From the IMG/VR virus record IMGVR_UViG_3300025084_003228, positions 1 to 37,266 of that record: a stretch of 37,266 nucleotides of DNA, one strand, 5' to 3'. The notes below the pieces were generated by a model. It saw only the letters and a list, made by a program, of their open reading frames with translations, did no database searches and was not told the DNA's origin. How positions within the stretch are numbered: the stretch's first letter is position 1; each line of letters begins with the position of its first letter. Below are positions 18,792 to 27,444 of this stretch, one piece after another. The position numbers and the translations under genes were made by a program. The stretch comes from a virus. Its lineage: Duplodnaviria > Caudoviricetes.

Positions 18792-19478
18792 ATGGAAGAA
18801 GTACAAAAAGATTTTAAAATGGTAAAGAGTGTATATAACTCTAATTTCGAAACCATAACCAATATTATGCACTTGTATGGTATTGATAAGTTTGATTTGG
18901 ATTGTACGTATTCTAAAGGTAATTTTTGGAAGGGACTACCGGACCCAACACATAAAACGGATTTGATCCCACATTATGAACACGTAATTCAGTCTGATTC
19001 TGAGAATCTCCCATTTGAGGATGAATCAATGAGGGCAATCATGTACGACCCACCATTCATCATTGTGGGAAGTGGAAAGGGTTATAAGAAAAATGGTCCT
19101 AATAGTTCTATAATTGCAAAAAGATTTGAGGGTTATGGGACATATAACGATCTAAAAGAAAACTACTACAACACACTAAAAGAATTATACAGACTTACTA
19201 AGAAAGATGGGTTTGTAGTAATGAAATGTCAGGATACGGTTTCTGGTGGAAAACAACACTTTAGTCACGTCATGGTAATGAACATGGCATATTCTTTAGG
19301 TTTCTACCCAAGAGATATGTTTGTATTAACTTCCAATGTGAGGGTTAATGCGTTCAATGGAACCAAGTGGAAGAAACAACACCACGCTAGAAAATATCAT
19401 TCATATTTTTGGGTATTTGAAAAACGTAAACCGAAAGTTCCTTATGAATTTAACCCATTGGTTCAAAGTGAAGATTAA
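18792..19478 (+). CDS. Orphan amino-DNA methyltransferase (N6-A/N4-C type)
   Basis: LDCTYSKGNFW SAM-binding-like motif, catalytic DPPF, 'ELYRLTKKDGFVVMKCQD'. Confidence 0.75.
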   Translation: MEEVQKDFKMVKSVYNSNFETITNIMHLYGIDKFDLDCTYSKGNFWKGLPDPTHKTDLIPHYEHVIQSDSENLPFEDESMRAIMYDPPFIIVGSGKGYKKNGPNSSIIAKRFEGYGTYNDLKENYYNTLKELYRLTKKDGFVVMKCQDTVSGGKQHFSHVMVMNMAYSLGFYPRDMFVLTSNVRVNAFNGTKWKKQHHARKYHSYFWVFEKRKPKVPYEFNPLVQSED

Positions 19479-19800
19479 CCCTATCACCCACCTTAAAATT
19501 ATCTTTACAGGTTCCTGATGGGAATTCGATAACGTGATCACCTATTCCCGAATATCTTTGTTCACAATTGATATCACATGGTTGACAATTATGATGTATA
19601 CCACTGATTCTTTTATTGTTTACAAACATAATATCTAAAGGTATTAAACATCTTCTCATCCAAAAACGATGATGACCTTTACCCATATTGAAAACCATAC
19701 AACCGTCTAAGGACTTACGTCCCATCATACCTTGTTTGATTTCCTCAGGTGATGTCATGTATTCCGCGTCAAATACTTGATCATTAATCTTTACGTTCAT
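19450..19800 (-). CDS. DUF192 family protein
   Basis: GMMGRKSL, FWMRRCLIPLDIMF, VIEFPSG, VGD. Confidence 0.85.
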   Translation of the reverse strand: MNVKINDQVFDAEYMTSPEEIKQGMMGRKSLDGCMVFNMGKGHHRFWMRRCLIPLDIMFVNNKRISGIHHNCQPCDINCEQRYSGIGDHVIEFPSGTCKDNFKVGDRVNLHFEPMG

Positions 19801-19812
19801 TTCTATAATTAG

Positions 19813-19841
19813 TTGATAATCCAATTTAATTTACGTATATT
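19813..19841 (+). promoter_or_regulatory. TTGA-N19-TATATT promoter-like motif
   Basis: ttgataatccaatttaatttacgtatatt upstream of 19851. Confidence 0.6.
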
Positions 19842-19850
19842 TTATTAATT

Positions 19851-20198
19851 ATGAAGTATAACGATCTATTAATAGGTGTTTTCCTTTTCACCATAGCACA
19901 TTTCCTAACATTCTATCAATTGAATGGTCAATTCATATGGAAGTGGTTTCAAAAAAACGAGTGGATAATTATCATTAGTGGGTCCCTACTATCAATATTT
20001 TATGTGTTGGGTACTAAGTATGCTGTGTCAGGTACAGGAGGTTTATTGTGGCCCGCTAGGTTTATAGGGTTTGGTATTGGTATGGTTTTATATGCGGTAT
20101 TAGTGAATCACCATTTCAATGAAGGACTTAATACTAAAACAATAGTTAGTTTGTTTTTGTGTTGCGCATTAATATGTATACAAGTATTTTGGAAATGA
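19851..20198 (+). CDS. Small four-TM membrane protein (DMT/SMR-like)
   Basis: Four hydrophobic segments in 115 aa; 'FNEGL' before the last helix. Confidence 0.6.
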   Translation: MKYNDLLIGVFLFTIAHFLTFYQLNGQFIWKWFQKNEWIIIISGSLLSIFYVLGTKYAVSGTGGLLWPARFIGFGIGMVLYAVLVNHHFNEGLNTKTIVSLFLCCALICIQVFWK

Positions 20199-20770
20199 AA
20201 AAACATTTAGTAGTAATAGGACATCCAGATAAAAAATCATTTTGTTACAATGGTATCTTTAAAACTATCGTAAGAGAGTTAACTAGATATAAAGAAGAAT
20301 TTGAGGTTATAGACTTATATGATGATAAGTTGCATCGTGATAGAACAGAATTAATTAAGGGATATAAAAAATTAGTTGAATGGTCAACCCACATCTATTT
20401 CGTATCTCCTGTTTGGTGGTTTAGACTTACCCCTAAAACTGAGACATTTTTCGACGAAGTTCTTACACCAGGATTTGCATATAAGTTTGTACCATTGTTT
20501 GGTAAGTATGCATATCCAAAACCATTTCTTAGTGATAAGAAAGTTAGAACATATATTACACATGGGGCACCGATGTTACCTGTTGTTACTTTGTATCTTA
20601 ATTCAGTTAAGTTGAGATTAGTAATGGGGGTTTACACATTTGTGTTTGGGTGGAACATATCTCGTTGGTTGAAGACAAAACAATTTTGGTCCGTACCATT
20701 TGTAGATGCAAAGAAACGAGCAAAATATTTACGAGTAGTAAAGAATGATATTAGAAAAGATTTAAAGTGA
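20195..20770 (+). CDS. Flavodoxin-like NAD(P)H-dependent oxidoreductase (Flavodoxin_2)
   Basis: GHPDKKSF, SPVWW, FFDEVLTPGFAY, ITHGAP. Start at ATG 20195 (ATGA overlap). Confidence 0.85.
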   Translation: MKKHLVVIGHPDKKSFCYNGIFKTIVRELTRYKEEFEVIDLYDDKLHRDRTELIKGYKKLVEWSTHIYFVSPVWWFRLTPKTETFFDEVLTPGFAYKFVPLFGKYAYPKPFLSDKKVRTYITHGAPMLPVVTLYLNSVKLRLVMGVYTFVFGWNISRWLKTKQFWSVPFVDAKKRAKYLRVVKNDIRKDLK

Positions 20771-20997
20771 AGATAGAAGATTTAGATAGAATTATAGAAA
20801 TGGCGTGGGAAGATAGAACTCCCTTTGAAGCCATAGAGTTTCAATTCGGTATTAAAGAGAATGAGGTTCGTAAGATAATGAGAACCCATATGACAGACTC
20901 TTCATTTAAGATGTGGCGAAAGCGAGTAAAAGGTAGAAAAACAAAACATACCAAGACAAGTGAATCAAATAGATTCAAATCTAAAAATCAGAAATAG
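20767..20997 (+). CDS. TIGR03643/DUF2805 family protein
   Basis: RIIEMAWEDRTPFEAI...SFKMWRKRV-x-GR. Confidence 0.85.
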   Translation: MKIEDLDRIIEMAWEDRTPFEAIEFQFGIKENEVRKIMRTHMTDSSFKMWRKRVKGRKTKHTKTSESNRFKSKNQK

Positions 20998-21014
20998 TTG
21001 GACAGTAACCTTTA

Positions 21015-21545
21015 ATGGTAGACGTAAATAAAATAGTACAGTATAGAATGGTTGATGGGGATCTAACGACACATAACCCTTCACCATATTATTCTCTTCA
21101 ATACGTTGATGTAAATAACTACAAAACATATATTGATGATATTAGGGAAGTCTCTAACCTAATTATAAAACAAATTCCTGATTGGGGAGATGCACCGACA
21201 GTGGAAACAGTCATTAAAAGGTTTGAATCAAAATCGTACACTTATTTATTTTACTATAAAGATAGGTGTATAGGGTGGAATTGGGGTAACCCTAATTTTA
21301 CATATAATTGGATTGATATTGATCAAGAACTAGCAGATGATGAGACTTATTTGGGTGGATGTTTTGTGAGTTTGAATAAAGATGATAGACCTAATAATTC
21401 GGGATATTCTATGTGTTACTTGTTCTTTAAAGAGGAGAGTAGCAGAGGAATAAAATCCATGTATGGTGTGACCGATGATTGGAATAGACGAGCATCTATT
21501 CTGTATTATAGGTTGGGTTGGAAAACATATAATTTTATAAAATAA
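21015..21545 (+). CDS. GNAT-like acetyltransferase
   Basis: C-terminal 'DDWNRRASILYYRLGWK' resembles GNAT motif B. Confidence 0.6.
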   Translation: MVDVNKIVQYRMVDGDLTTHNPSPYYSLQYVDVNNYKTYIDDIREVSNLIIKQIPDWGDAPTVETVIKRFESKSYTYLFYYKDRCIGWNWGNPNFTYNWIDIDQELADDETYLGGCFVSLNKDDRPNNSGYSMCYLFFKEESSRGIKSMYGVTDDWNRRASILYYRLGWKTYNFIK

Positions 21546-21551
21546 TTAGTT

Positions 21552-22574
21552 ATGAATAAATTAGACATACAGTATCTCGGTATATTAGAAAACGTTTTAC
21601 ATCACGGTACTGAGAAAAAAGATCGTACAGGTACAGGAACATTATCTTTATTCGGTAGACAAATACGTCATGATATGAGTGACGGGTTTCCATTACTAAC
21701 CACTAAGAAAATGGCGATAAAATCTGTTATGACGGAATTAAAATGGTTCTTAAAGGGAGACACTAACATCAAATACTTAGTAGACAATGGTTGTAATATT
21801 TGGAATGGTGACGCATATAAGAATTACCTAAACATTTATAATTATAACTTTAAAGATGATGATACCATAGAACCACTCACCATGAATGAATTTATGGAGG
21901 ATTTTAAAGACGATGAGGAGTTTAGAGAACAGTGGGGAGAGTTGGGTCCGATCTATGGTAAACAATGGAGAGGGTGGTTTAGTTATAATGATAATGTAGA
22001 TCCTGTTTTTGTTGACCAAATTGCGAACCTCATAGAAGAACTAAAAACAAATCCTGATTCTCGTAGACTTATGGTAAGTGCTTGGAATGTTGGAGAGTTA
22101 GAGAAAACGGTGTTACCACCATGTCATTATGGATTCCAAGTGTATACGAGGGAATTAGGGTTGGATGAAAGGATAGATTATATGAATAAGGGTAGCATAT
22201 CCAAATCCTCAGATTACTATCACGAACATTTAGATTCAATGGGGATACCTAAACGATCACTCTCACTAATGTGGAGTCAAAGAAGTGTGGATACATTTTT
22301 AGGTTTACCATTCAATATCGCATCTTACGGTATGTTACTGTCATTATTGGCTGACGAAGTCGGTATGATACCTGGTGAGTTAATAGGTAATTTAGGTGAT
22401 GTACATCTATATAAGAACCACATACTCCAAGCGGAAGAACAACTAAAAAGAGAACCACACAAATTTTTACCAAAACTAAAATTAAAAAGTTCAGATATAC
22501 TGAACGGTGAATTTGATTATGAAATATTACACTATCATTCTCACCCCACAATTAAAGCGCCCCTTAGTAACTAA
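21552..22574 (+). CDS. thyA: Thymidylate synthase
   Basis: DRTGTGT, GFPLLTTKK, ELKWF, LGPIYGKQWR, LPPCH, QRSVDTFLGLPFNIASY, DVHLYKNH. Confidence 0.98.
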   Translation: MNKLDIQYLGILENVLHHGTEKKDRTGTGTLSLFGRQIRHDMSDGFPLLTTKKMAIKSVMTELKWFLKGDTNIKYLVDNGCNIWNGDAYKNYLNIYNYNFKDDDTIEPLTMNEFMEDFKDDEEFREQWGELGPIYGKQWRGWFSYNDNVDPVFVDQIANLIEELKTNPDSRRLMVSAWNVGELEKTVLPPCHYGFQVYTRELGLDERIDYMNKGSISKSSDYYHEHLDSMGIPKRSLSLMWSQRSVDTFLGLPFNIASYGMLLSLLADEVGMIPGELIGNLGDVHLYKNHILQAEEQLKREPHKFLPKLKLKSSDILNGEFDYEILHYHSHPTIKAPLSN

Positions 22575-22963
22575 TGCAATTAATAACAACACACCCAATA
22601 AAGAAATCTGATTTAGGATTTCATGCAAACCTATTTGGAGGTAAACTATTAGCATGGTTAGATGCTGCAGGTGCCGCCTACGCCATGGAAATATGTGACA
22701 CACCAAGAATGGTTACTGTCATGATCGATAAATGTCTATTTAAGAAACCCGCTAAAGAGGGACAACTGATTAAAATTTATGGAGATGTTGTTCACGTTGG
22801 TAACACTTCAATCACATTTTACTTAGAGGCAAGAGCACATAACGTATATTCAGGTAGTCAAACAGTTATACTACAAACTAACATTAGGTTTGTTAGAGTC
22901 GACGAAAATGGGGATTCGGTACCTATCTCAGAAAAAGTAAGGAACAAGTATGGACCAAAGTAG
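22574..22963 (+). CDS. HotDog-fold acyl-CoA thioesterase (YciA-like)
   Basis: NLFGGKLLAWLD, VT, FKKP, VGNTSI, FVRVDENG. Confidence 0.88.
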   Translation: MQLITTHPIKKSDLGFHANLFGGKLLAWLDAAGAAYAMEICDTPRMVTVMIDKCLFKKPAKEGQLIKIYGDVVHVGNTSITFYLEARAHNVYSGSQTVILQTNIRFVRVDENGDSVPISEKVRNKYGPK

Positions 22964-23246
22964 TTACAAATTCAGGTTGGACTCAATAAGGAGACGAGTG
23001 GATCAGGTCGATAAAGAACTCTACGAAGTTTTACGAAGAAGATTTCAATTGACTAATCGAATCGGAACCTTAAAGAAAGAATATAATTCTTCTGAAATGT
23101 GTGAATCACGTAAAAATGAAATCATTAACAAACTAAAAGACAATACGTTAAAAGATGACATGTCGATAGATTTAATTGAGTCATTATATAAATTAATAAT
23201 TGATCAATCAATCACAGAACAATCACTTATAATTAAAGATAAGTAA
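22950..23246 (+). CDS. Chorismate mutase type II (AroQ-like)
   Basis: LDSIRRRVDQVDKEL...RRF...IGTLKK...R..E...IIDQSI-x2-Q matches the AroQ pattern. Confidence 0.8.
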   Translation: MDQSSYKFRLDSIRRRVDQVDKELYEVLRRRFQLTNRIGTLKKEYNSSEMCESRKNEIINKLKDNTLKDDMSIDLIESLYKLIIDQSITEQSLIIKDK

Positions 23247-23294
23247 TTACAATTAACACTACAGAATCACTTTTTTTTCACTTAAATTTTAGGT

Positions 23295-24725
23295 GTGGAG
23301 AAGGTATTCAATTACAAACAAAACAAGAAAACAGATAAAGGTAAATGTCGGGAGAAATGTTCTATTGACATATATCATTATGACGATACTTTAATACTTG
23401 AACTTTCATACCTATTCACATATATGAGGTTCGACGAGAGTAATCAGAATGAGTTCGAATTAAAGAGACGTGTCGAAACAGAACACAGATTATCGATAGA
23501 TCTAAAGAGTTCAGACTTTCGTGTCTTCACTCAAACCACAAACAAAGGATTCTTAGGTGGTAACAAATCATCAAATGGTAGAGACCATAAAAATAAGTTC
23601 TCACAATTAGAGGATATCACTAGTGTGGGGTTCTTTGGTGGGTCTAAGAAAGGTTCTACTTGGGGTGTTAAGTACAGAAAAAAAACAGAGGAAGCGTGGA
23701 ACCTAATAAGAGAAATTATCCAACCAAGAATAAAAGATGAGTATCTTTCAAAAAAAGGATATCATAAAGTTGAGATAGATCCTTTGTACGATCTAATTGT
23801 TGATTTTCATTTAGATAAAAAAAATATTAAAGGTCATGATCTAATTTATATTGACATTCAAGAGGATTACCCAAAACAAAAATACCTGAAAAACAATGAC
23901 CGTAAATTTGTACCCGCTGTTTTAGAACAGTATGGAATAAAAAATAGACAATTTATAGGTTCGATAAATAACAATGATGAAGGGATGCCGATAATAATTA
24001 AATCACTTAATTATTTTAGTAAGTTATTCGGTGATAACTATATCGATTATATGAATAAAATTGATTGGCATTTACATTGTTATAAATCACCACCCAATAG
24101 AAAGGTCCACCCACTAAAAAATGAGACCGAAAAGAGAAACATGGTTAAGTTAATTAGAAGGTGGGAAGAAGAAGGTTTAAGATTAAATACAGACTTAACA
24201 TCAGATGGGACATTAATAATGTCCTTGTATCGTTTATTTGAATTAAGAAACAAGATTGAAAAAAGGGGTATCGAATTAAAATTCACCGCAACAAAAGATT
24301 CGGAATTGGACGCACTATTTGAGAAATGGGAATCTCTAAGAAAATACCTACAGAAAGGATATAGAGTTAGATATCTTTTCCCCGAAGATTTCGTTAAATA
24401 TGTTGAACAACCTATCAAGGTAGGTGATGTAATATACCAACCCAAAGTCTTATCTAAAGAAGAGGAGTTTAAAGTTGAGGGACATATAATGAAAAATTGT
24501 ATGGGTAATCAGTTCGCACATGGGATTGCATCAATATTTATCTCTTTAAGGAAGGGGAAAAGATGGGTGGATGTTCAATATAGAAAAGGTAAGAAAACCA
24601 TGTGTTATGGTAAGGCAAATTCACCAACACCTTCTGATTTTAAAAGTGCAATAGACACACTCAACAAACGTATGAGTAACTTTGACAAAGTGAAGTGGGT
24701 TAAAGAGAAGTACGATTTGATATAG
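23295..24725 (+). CDS. PcfJ-like domain protein
   Basis: C-terminal 'EGHIMKNCMG...IFISLR...QY...GKAN'; GTG start. Confidence 0.7.
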   Translation: MEKVFNYKQNKKTDKGKCREKCSIDIYHYDDTLILELSYLFTYMRFDESNQNEFELKRRVETEHRLSIDLKSSDFRVFTQTTNKGFLGGNKSSNGRDHKNKFSQLEDITSVGFFGGSKKGSTWGVKYRKKTEEAWNLIREIIQPRIKDEYLSKKGYHKVEIDPLYDLIVDFHLDKKNIKGHDLIYIDIQEDYPKQKYLKNNDRKFVPAVLEQYGIKNRQFIGSINNNDEGMPIIIKSLNYFSKLFGDNYIDYMNKIDWHLHCYKSPPNRKVHPLKNETEKRNMVKLIRRWEEEGLRLNTDLTSDGTLIMSLYRLFELRNKIEKRGIELKFTATKDSELDALFEKWESLRKYLQKGYRVRYLFPEDFVKYVEQPIKVGDVIYQPKVLSKEEEFKVEGHIMKNCMGNQFAHGIASIFISLRKGKRWVDVQYRKGKKTMCYGKANSPTPSDFKSAIDTLNKRMSNFDKVKWVKEKYDLI

Positions 24726-24745
24726 ATTTTTATTTTTCGTATATT
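24717..24745 (+). promoter_or_regulatory. TTGA-N19-TATATT promoter-like motif
   Basis: ttgatatagatttttatttttcgtatatt upstream of iscA. Confidence 0.6.
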
Positions 24746-24752
24746 TTATAGT

Positions 24753-25082
24753 ATGGTAGACGTAACAGAAATAGCAATAGAAAAAATAGTTGGTTTAATG
24801 ATGGAAGGTGGTATAACTCCTGACACTCACAACCTTAGGGTTGGTGTAAGTGGTGGTGGTTGTAGTGGTTTACAGTATGAAATGGACTTCGATGATAAGA
24901 TAAATGAGGGGGACAGTGTATTTGAAGTGGATGCAATCAAGGTGGTTATTAATAAACCTTCACTACTTTATTTAGCGGGAACGGTATTAGATTTCCAAGG
25001 AGGTTTAAACGGTAAAGGGTTTGAATGGATCAATCCAAACGCATCAAGAACCTGCGGATGTGGGGAAAGTTTTAGTTTATAA
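24753..25082 (+). CDS. iscA: A-type Fe-S cluster carrier (IscA/HesB family)
   Basis: GGGCSGLQY, YLAGTVLDF, NPNASRTCGCGESF. Confidence 0.92.
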   Translation: MVDVTEIAIEKIVGLMMEGGITPDTHNLRVGVSGGGCSGLQYEMDFDDKINEGDSVFEVDAIKVVINKPSLLYLAGTVLDFQGGLNGKGFEWINPNASRTCGCGESFSL

Positions 25083-25126
25083 GGTTTAAACTAATAAATA
25101 AAGTATTTATATATAAAAACAATCTA

Positions 25127-26704
25127 ATGGAAGAATTAAACAAAAAAGATATTTTAACTCTTATTGGTGAGAATCTAACCACCATAAGACGACCTGGGTA
25201 TAAAGGTTTCGACGAATCTAAGGAGTTAGATGAAATGCCATTAAGACCAGATCAACTACCAAAGAAAGAAGTTGAACCAGGTAAACCCACAAAAAAATCT
25301 AAAAAAATTGTTTTAACTTTAGATAATGGTGAGGAGATGACATATAGTACATCTCAATCAGTTATAAAGGTTGATGGGGAAAATAAGAATACCGTTAAGG
25401 TAAGTCAAATACAGGCCGGTGATGTTATTGTTGACGACAATAGGAGTGAACAAACAGTATCAAGTGTGGATCAGAAAGAAGTGATTGCACCTTGGACGGC
25501 AATGTTTGAAACGGATAATGAGGGTAAACCAATAGAACATGTTGGTTGGTACCGATATGATAATGGGGAGGTTACACCAATTATATTTACTTGTGAGTGG
25601 GATGAATTGACAGAGAAACATCCTGATTTAGTAGGTAAACTAAAAGAGAAGTTTGGTAAAGTAAAACTAAAAGAGGAAAACTGTCCAGCATATAAACCGA
25701 GAGGTAGAGACATAGATGGGGTAAAACCTATCCCTGGTGATGATGGAGATGAAGTTAGTTTTGACAATGCAGATCAAGTACCTGACGCATCTGGAAGTAG
25801 GACTACCTATACGAGAGAGAAGATAAATAGAGCATTTAATTCCGTACTAAAAAACGAGTTAGTTGATGACGAAGATTTCGTAAATACATTAAAGAGAATA
25901 AGTTTACCTGAAATAGTTATCCTTAACCCAAAACATCGAAATAAATACAGTGAAGTAAATGATAAGGAGATTACATTCCAATCACACAATATAAATTTAT
26001 ATAAAACACAGGAAGAGTTCCAAAAAACCACAAAGAAAACGGTTATGAGGGGTAGAACACCTGAGTATTTTGAAAGTGATGATTATAATCCAAAAAAATC
26101 TAATAGTTTAAGAAGACAATACAATTCAGGATATTCTAATTGGTCTAAAACACGTTTTACTCAACAAGGGGGTGGATACGGTAAAACACCTGTATTCAAA
26201 TTAGACAGAGGTGACTTCCCAAATGAAGAAGATTTTTCAGTAATGGTATCATCTGATTTAGAAATAAAAGGTATTGCTCAAGGTGAAGGTGAAATGACAT
26301 CTGGTTATAGATGGGAATTAGTCTATACCGTTGAATACGCAAAGAAATTACCTACTGATAGAGTAGCAAGAAAAATATTTAAGGATGAGGATGTATCAAT
26401 AAATCTTTTTGTTGATGTTGAATTGAGTGAAGAAAAGGATTTTGACGGTAAGGTTGAAAAAGAACAAGACGGTAAGATCGTAGGTGGAGACACAGGAGAT
26501 AATCACCCACTAACAGATGTTAACATAGTTCAAGGACTAAAAGAAATTTTAGATAACTTCAAGAAAGAAATGAGTGGTAAGAAACAATTCCAATTGGCGG
26601 CTAAAAGGGCTCAGATGACAAGACAGGATGTTGATACTGCGGATATGAGATTAAATGAAGAAGAAATAAAAGATATTATAAAGAAAACTATAAACAAAAA
26701 GTAA
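25127..26704 (+). CDS. Hypothetical protein, putative virion-internal, with a partial Hint-like segment
   Basis: 525 aa, charged; upstream TATTTAT; amphipathic helices at both termini. Confidence 0.55.
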   Translation: MEELNKKDILTLIGENLTTIRRPGYKGFDESKELDEMPLRPDQLPKKEVEPGKPTKKSKKIVLTLDNGEEMTYSTSQSVIKVDGENKNTVKVSQIQAGDVIVDDNRSEQTVSSVDQKEVIAPWTAMFETDNEGKPIEHVGWYRYDNGEVTPIIFTCEWDELTEKHPDLVGKLKEKFGKVKLKEENCPAYKPRGRDIDGVKPIPGDDGDEVSFDNADQVPDASGSRTTYTREKINRAFNSVLKNELVDDEDFVNTLKRISLPEIVILNPKHRNKYSEVNDKEITFQSHNINLYKTQEEFQKTTKKTVMRGRTPEYFESDDYNPKKSNSLRRQYNSGYSNWSKTRFTQQGGGYGKTPVFKLDRGDFPNEEDFSVMVSSDLEIKGIAQGEGEMTSGYRWELVYTVEYAKKLPTDRVARKIFKDEDVSINLFVDVELSEEKDFDGKVEKEQDGKIVGGDTGDNHPLTDVNIVQGLKEILDNFKKEMSGKKQFQLAAKRAQMTRQDVDTADMRLNEEEIKDIIKKTINKK

Positions 26705-26733
26705 TATTAGTTTTGGTTATATTCAAATCTATT

Positions 26734-26769
26734 AAGGGGTTCAATGTAAATTGGGTCCCTTTTTCTTTT
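26734..26769 (+). terminator. Rho-independent terminator
   Basis: aaggggttcaat-gtaa-attgggtccctt stem-loop followed by tttctttt. Confidence 0.75.
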
Positions 26770-26771
26770 AG

Positions 26772-26800
26772 TTGACATATTGTAAAAATATCCTTATATT
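26772..26800 (+). promoter_or_regulatory. TTGA-N19-TATATT promoter-like motif
   Basis: ttgacatattgtaaaaatatccttatatt upstream of 26819. Confidence 0.6.
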
Positions 26801-26818
26801 AATAATAAAATTAAAAGT

Positions 26819-27028
26819 ATGGTAAGTTTATTAAGGAAAGAATGGTTAATGGATCCAAAACTTAAAAAGTGGAATTCTATTGAATGTACTGAGGTTGGTA
26901 AGTGTAATTGTGATACTGATAAAAATCATGTAGAACTTTGGGAGCAAGATTCTTGTGTAAGAGGTAGAATAGATACAATAATATGTACTCTATGTGATAC
27001 TATTAAATCATTTAATATTGTAAGATGA
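26819..27028 (+). CDS. Small Cys-rich (zinc-ribbon-like) protein
   Basis: CNC and CTLC motifs; preceded by a TTGA-N19-TATATT promoter-like motif. Confidence 0.6.
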   Translation: MVSLLRKEWLMDPKLKKWNSIECTEVGKCNCDTDKNHVELWEQDSCVRGRIDTIICTLCDTIKSFNIVR

Positions 27029-27144
27029 TTAATAGTTATGTTGATTCCACTTGGAACTGTGGTTGTGGAGCATTAAATGCTGGTTACAGAGAGACGTGCG
27101 GTGCATGTGGGAAACCTAAACCCACGCCTAAAGTCATCCATTAA
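27025..27144 (+). CDS. 39-aa RanBP2-type zinc-finger-like peptide (not in the ORF track)
   Basis: MINSYVDSTWNCGCGALNAGYRETCGACGKPKPTPKVIH; ATGA overlap with the upstream stop. Confidence 0.7.
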   Translation: MINSYVDSTWNCGCGALNAGYRETCGACGKPKPTPKVIH

Positions 27145-27168
27145 AATTTTAAACAGATATTTATTGTT

Positions 27169-27444
27169 ATGAAAATAGATTTCAATAAAATACTTGAGGC
27201 GTATAGAATAAAAATTAGTCCAACTAAAGAACAAAAAGACTTGGCACTAAAAAGATTAAACATTTGTAAAGGATGTGAATTTCTTAAGGGTAGTGTTGAG
27301 GATAATTTTTGTAGTTGTGGTGTTTGTGGTTGTTTTATACATGGTAAGATATTTACTAATAAAGGGGATGAGTGTCCAAAAGGTAAGTGGAGTAAAGTAG
27401 ACCAAGGACACTTTAAAACAAAAGTTAAAAACACATTAATATGA
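27169..27444 (+). CDS. Cys-rich phage protein (RLxxCxxC...CxxCGC...CPxGKW; DUF6171-like)
   Basis: RLNICKGCE, CGVCGCFI, ECPKGKW; ATGA overlap with the next gene. Confidence 0.7.
   Translation: MKIDFNKILEAYRIKISPTKEQKDLALKRLNICKGCEFLKGSVEDNFCSCGVCGCFIHGKIFTNKGDECPKGKWSKVDQGHFKTKVKNTLI

Noticed and set aside
18792-19478. Restriction-modification system
   Set aside because: No adjacent nuclease candidate; this looks like an orphan methyltransferase.
22140-22260. Intein or intron in thyA
   Set aside because: The extra segment is a short in-frame insertion of about 35 aa with no splicing motifs, and the ORF is continuous.
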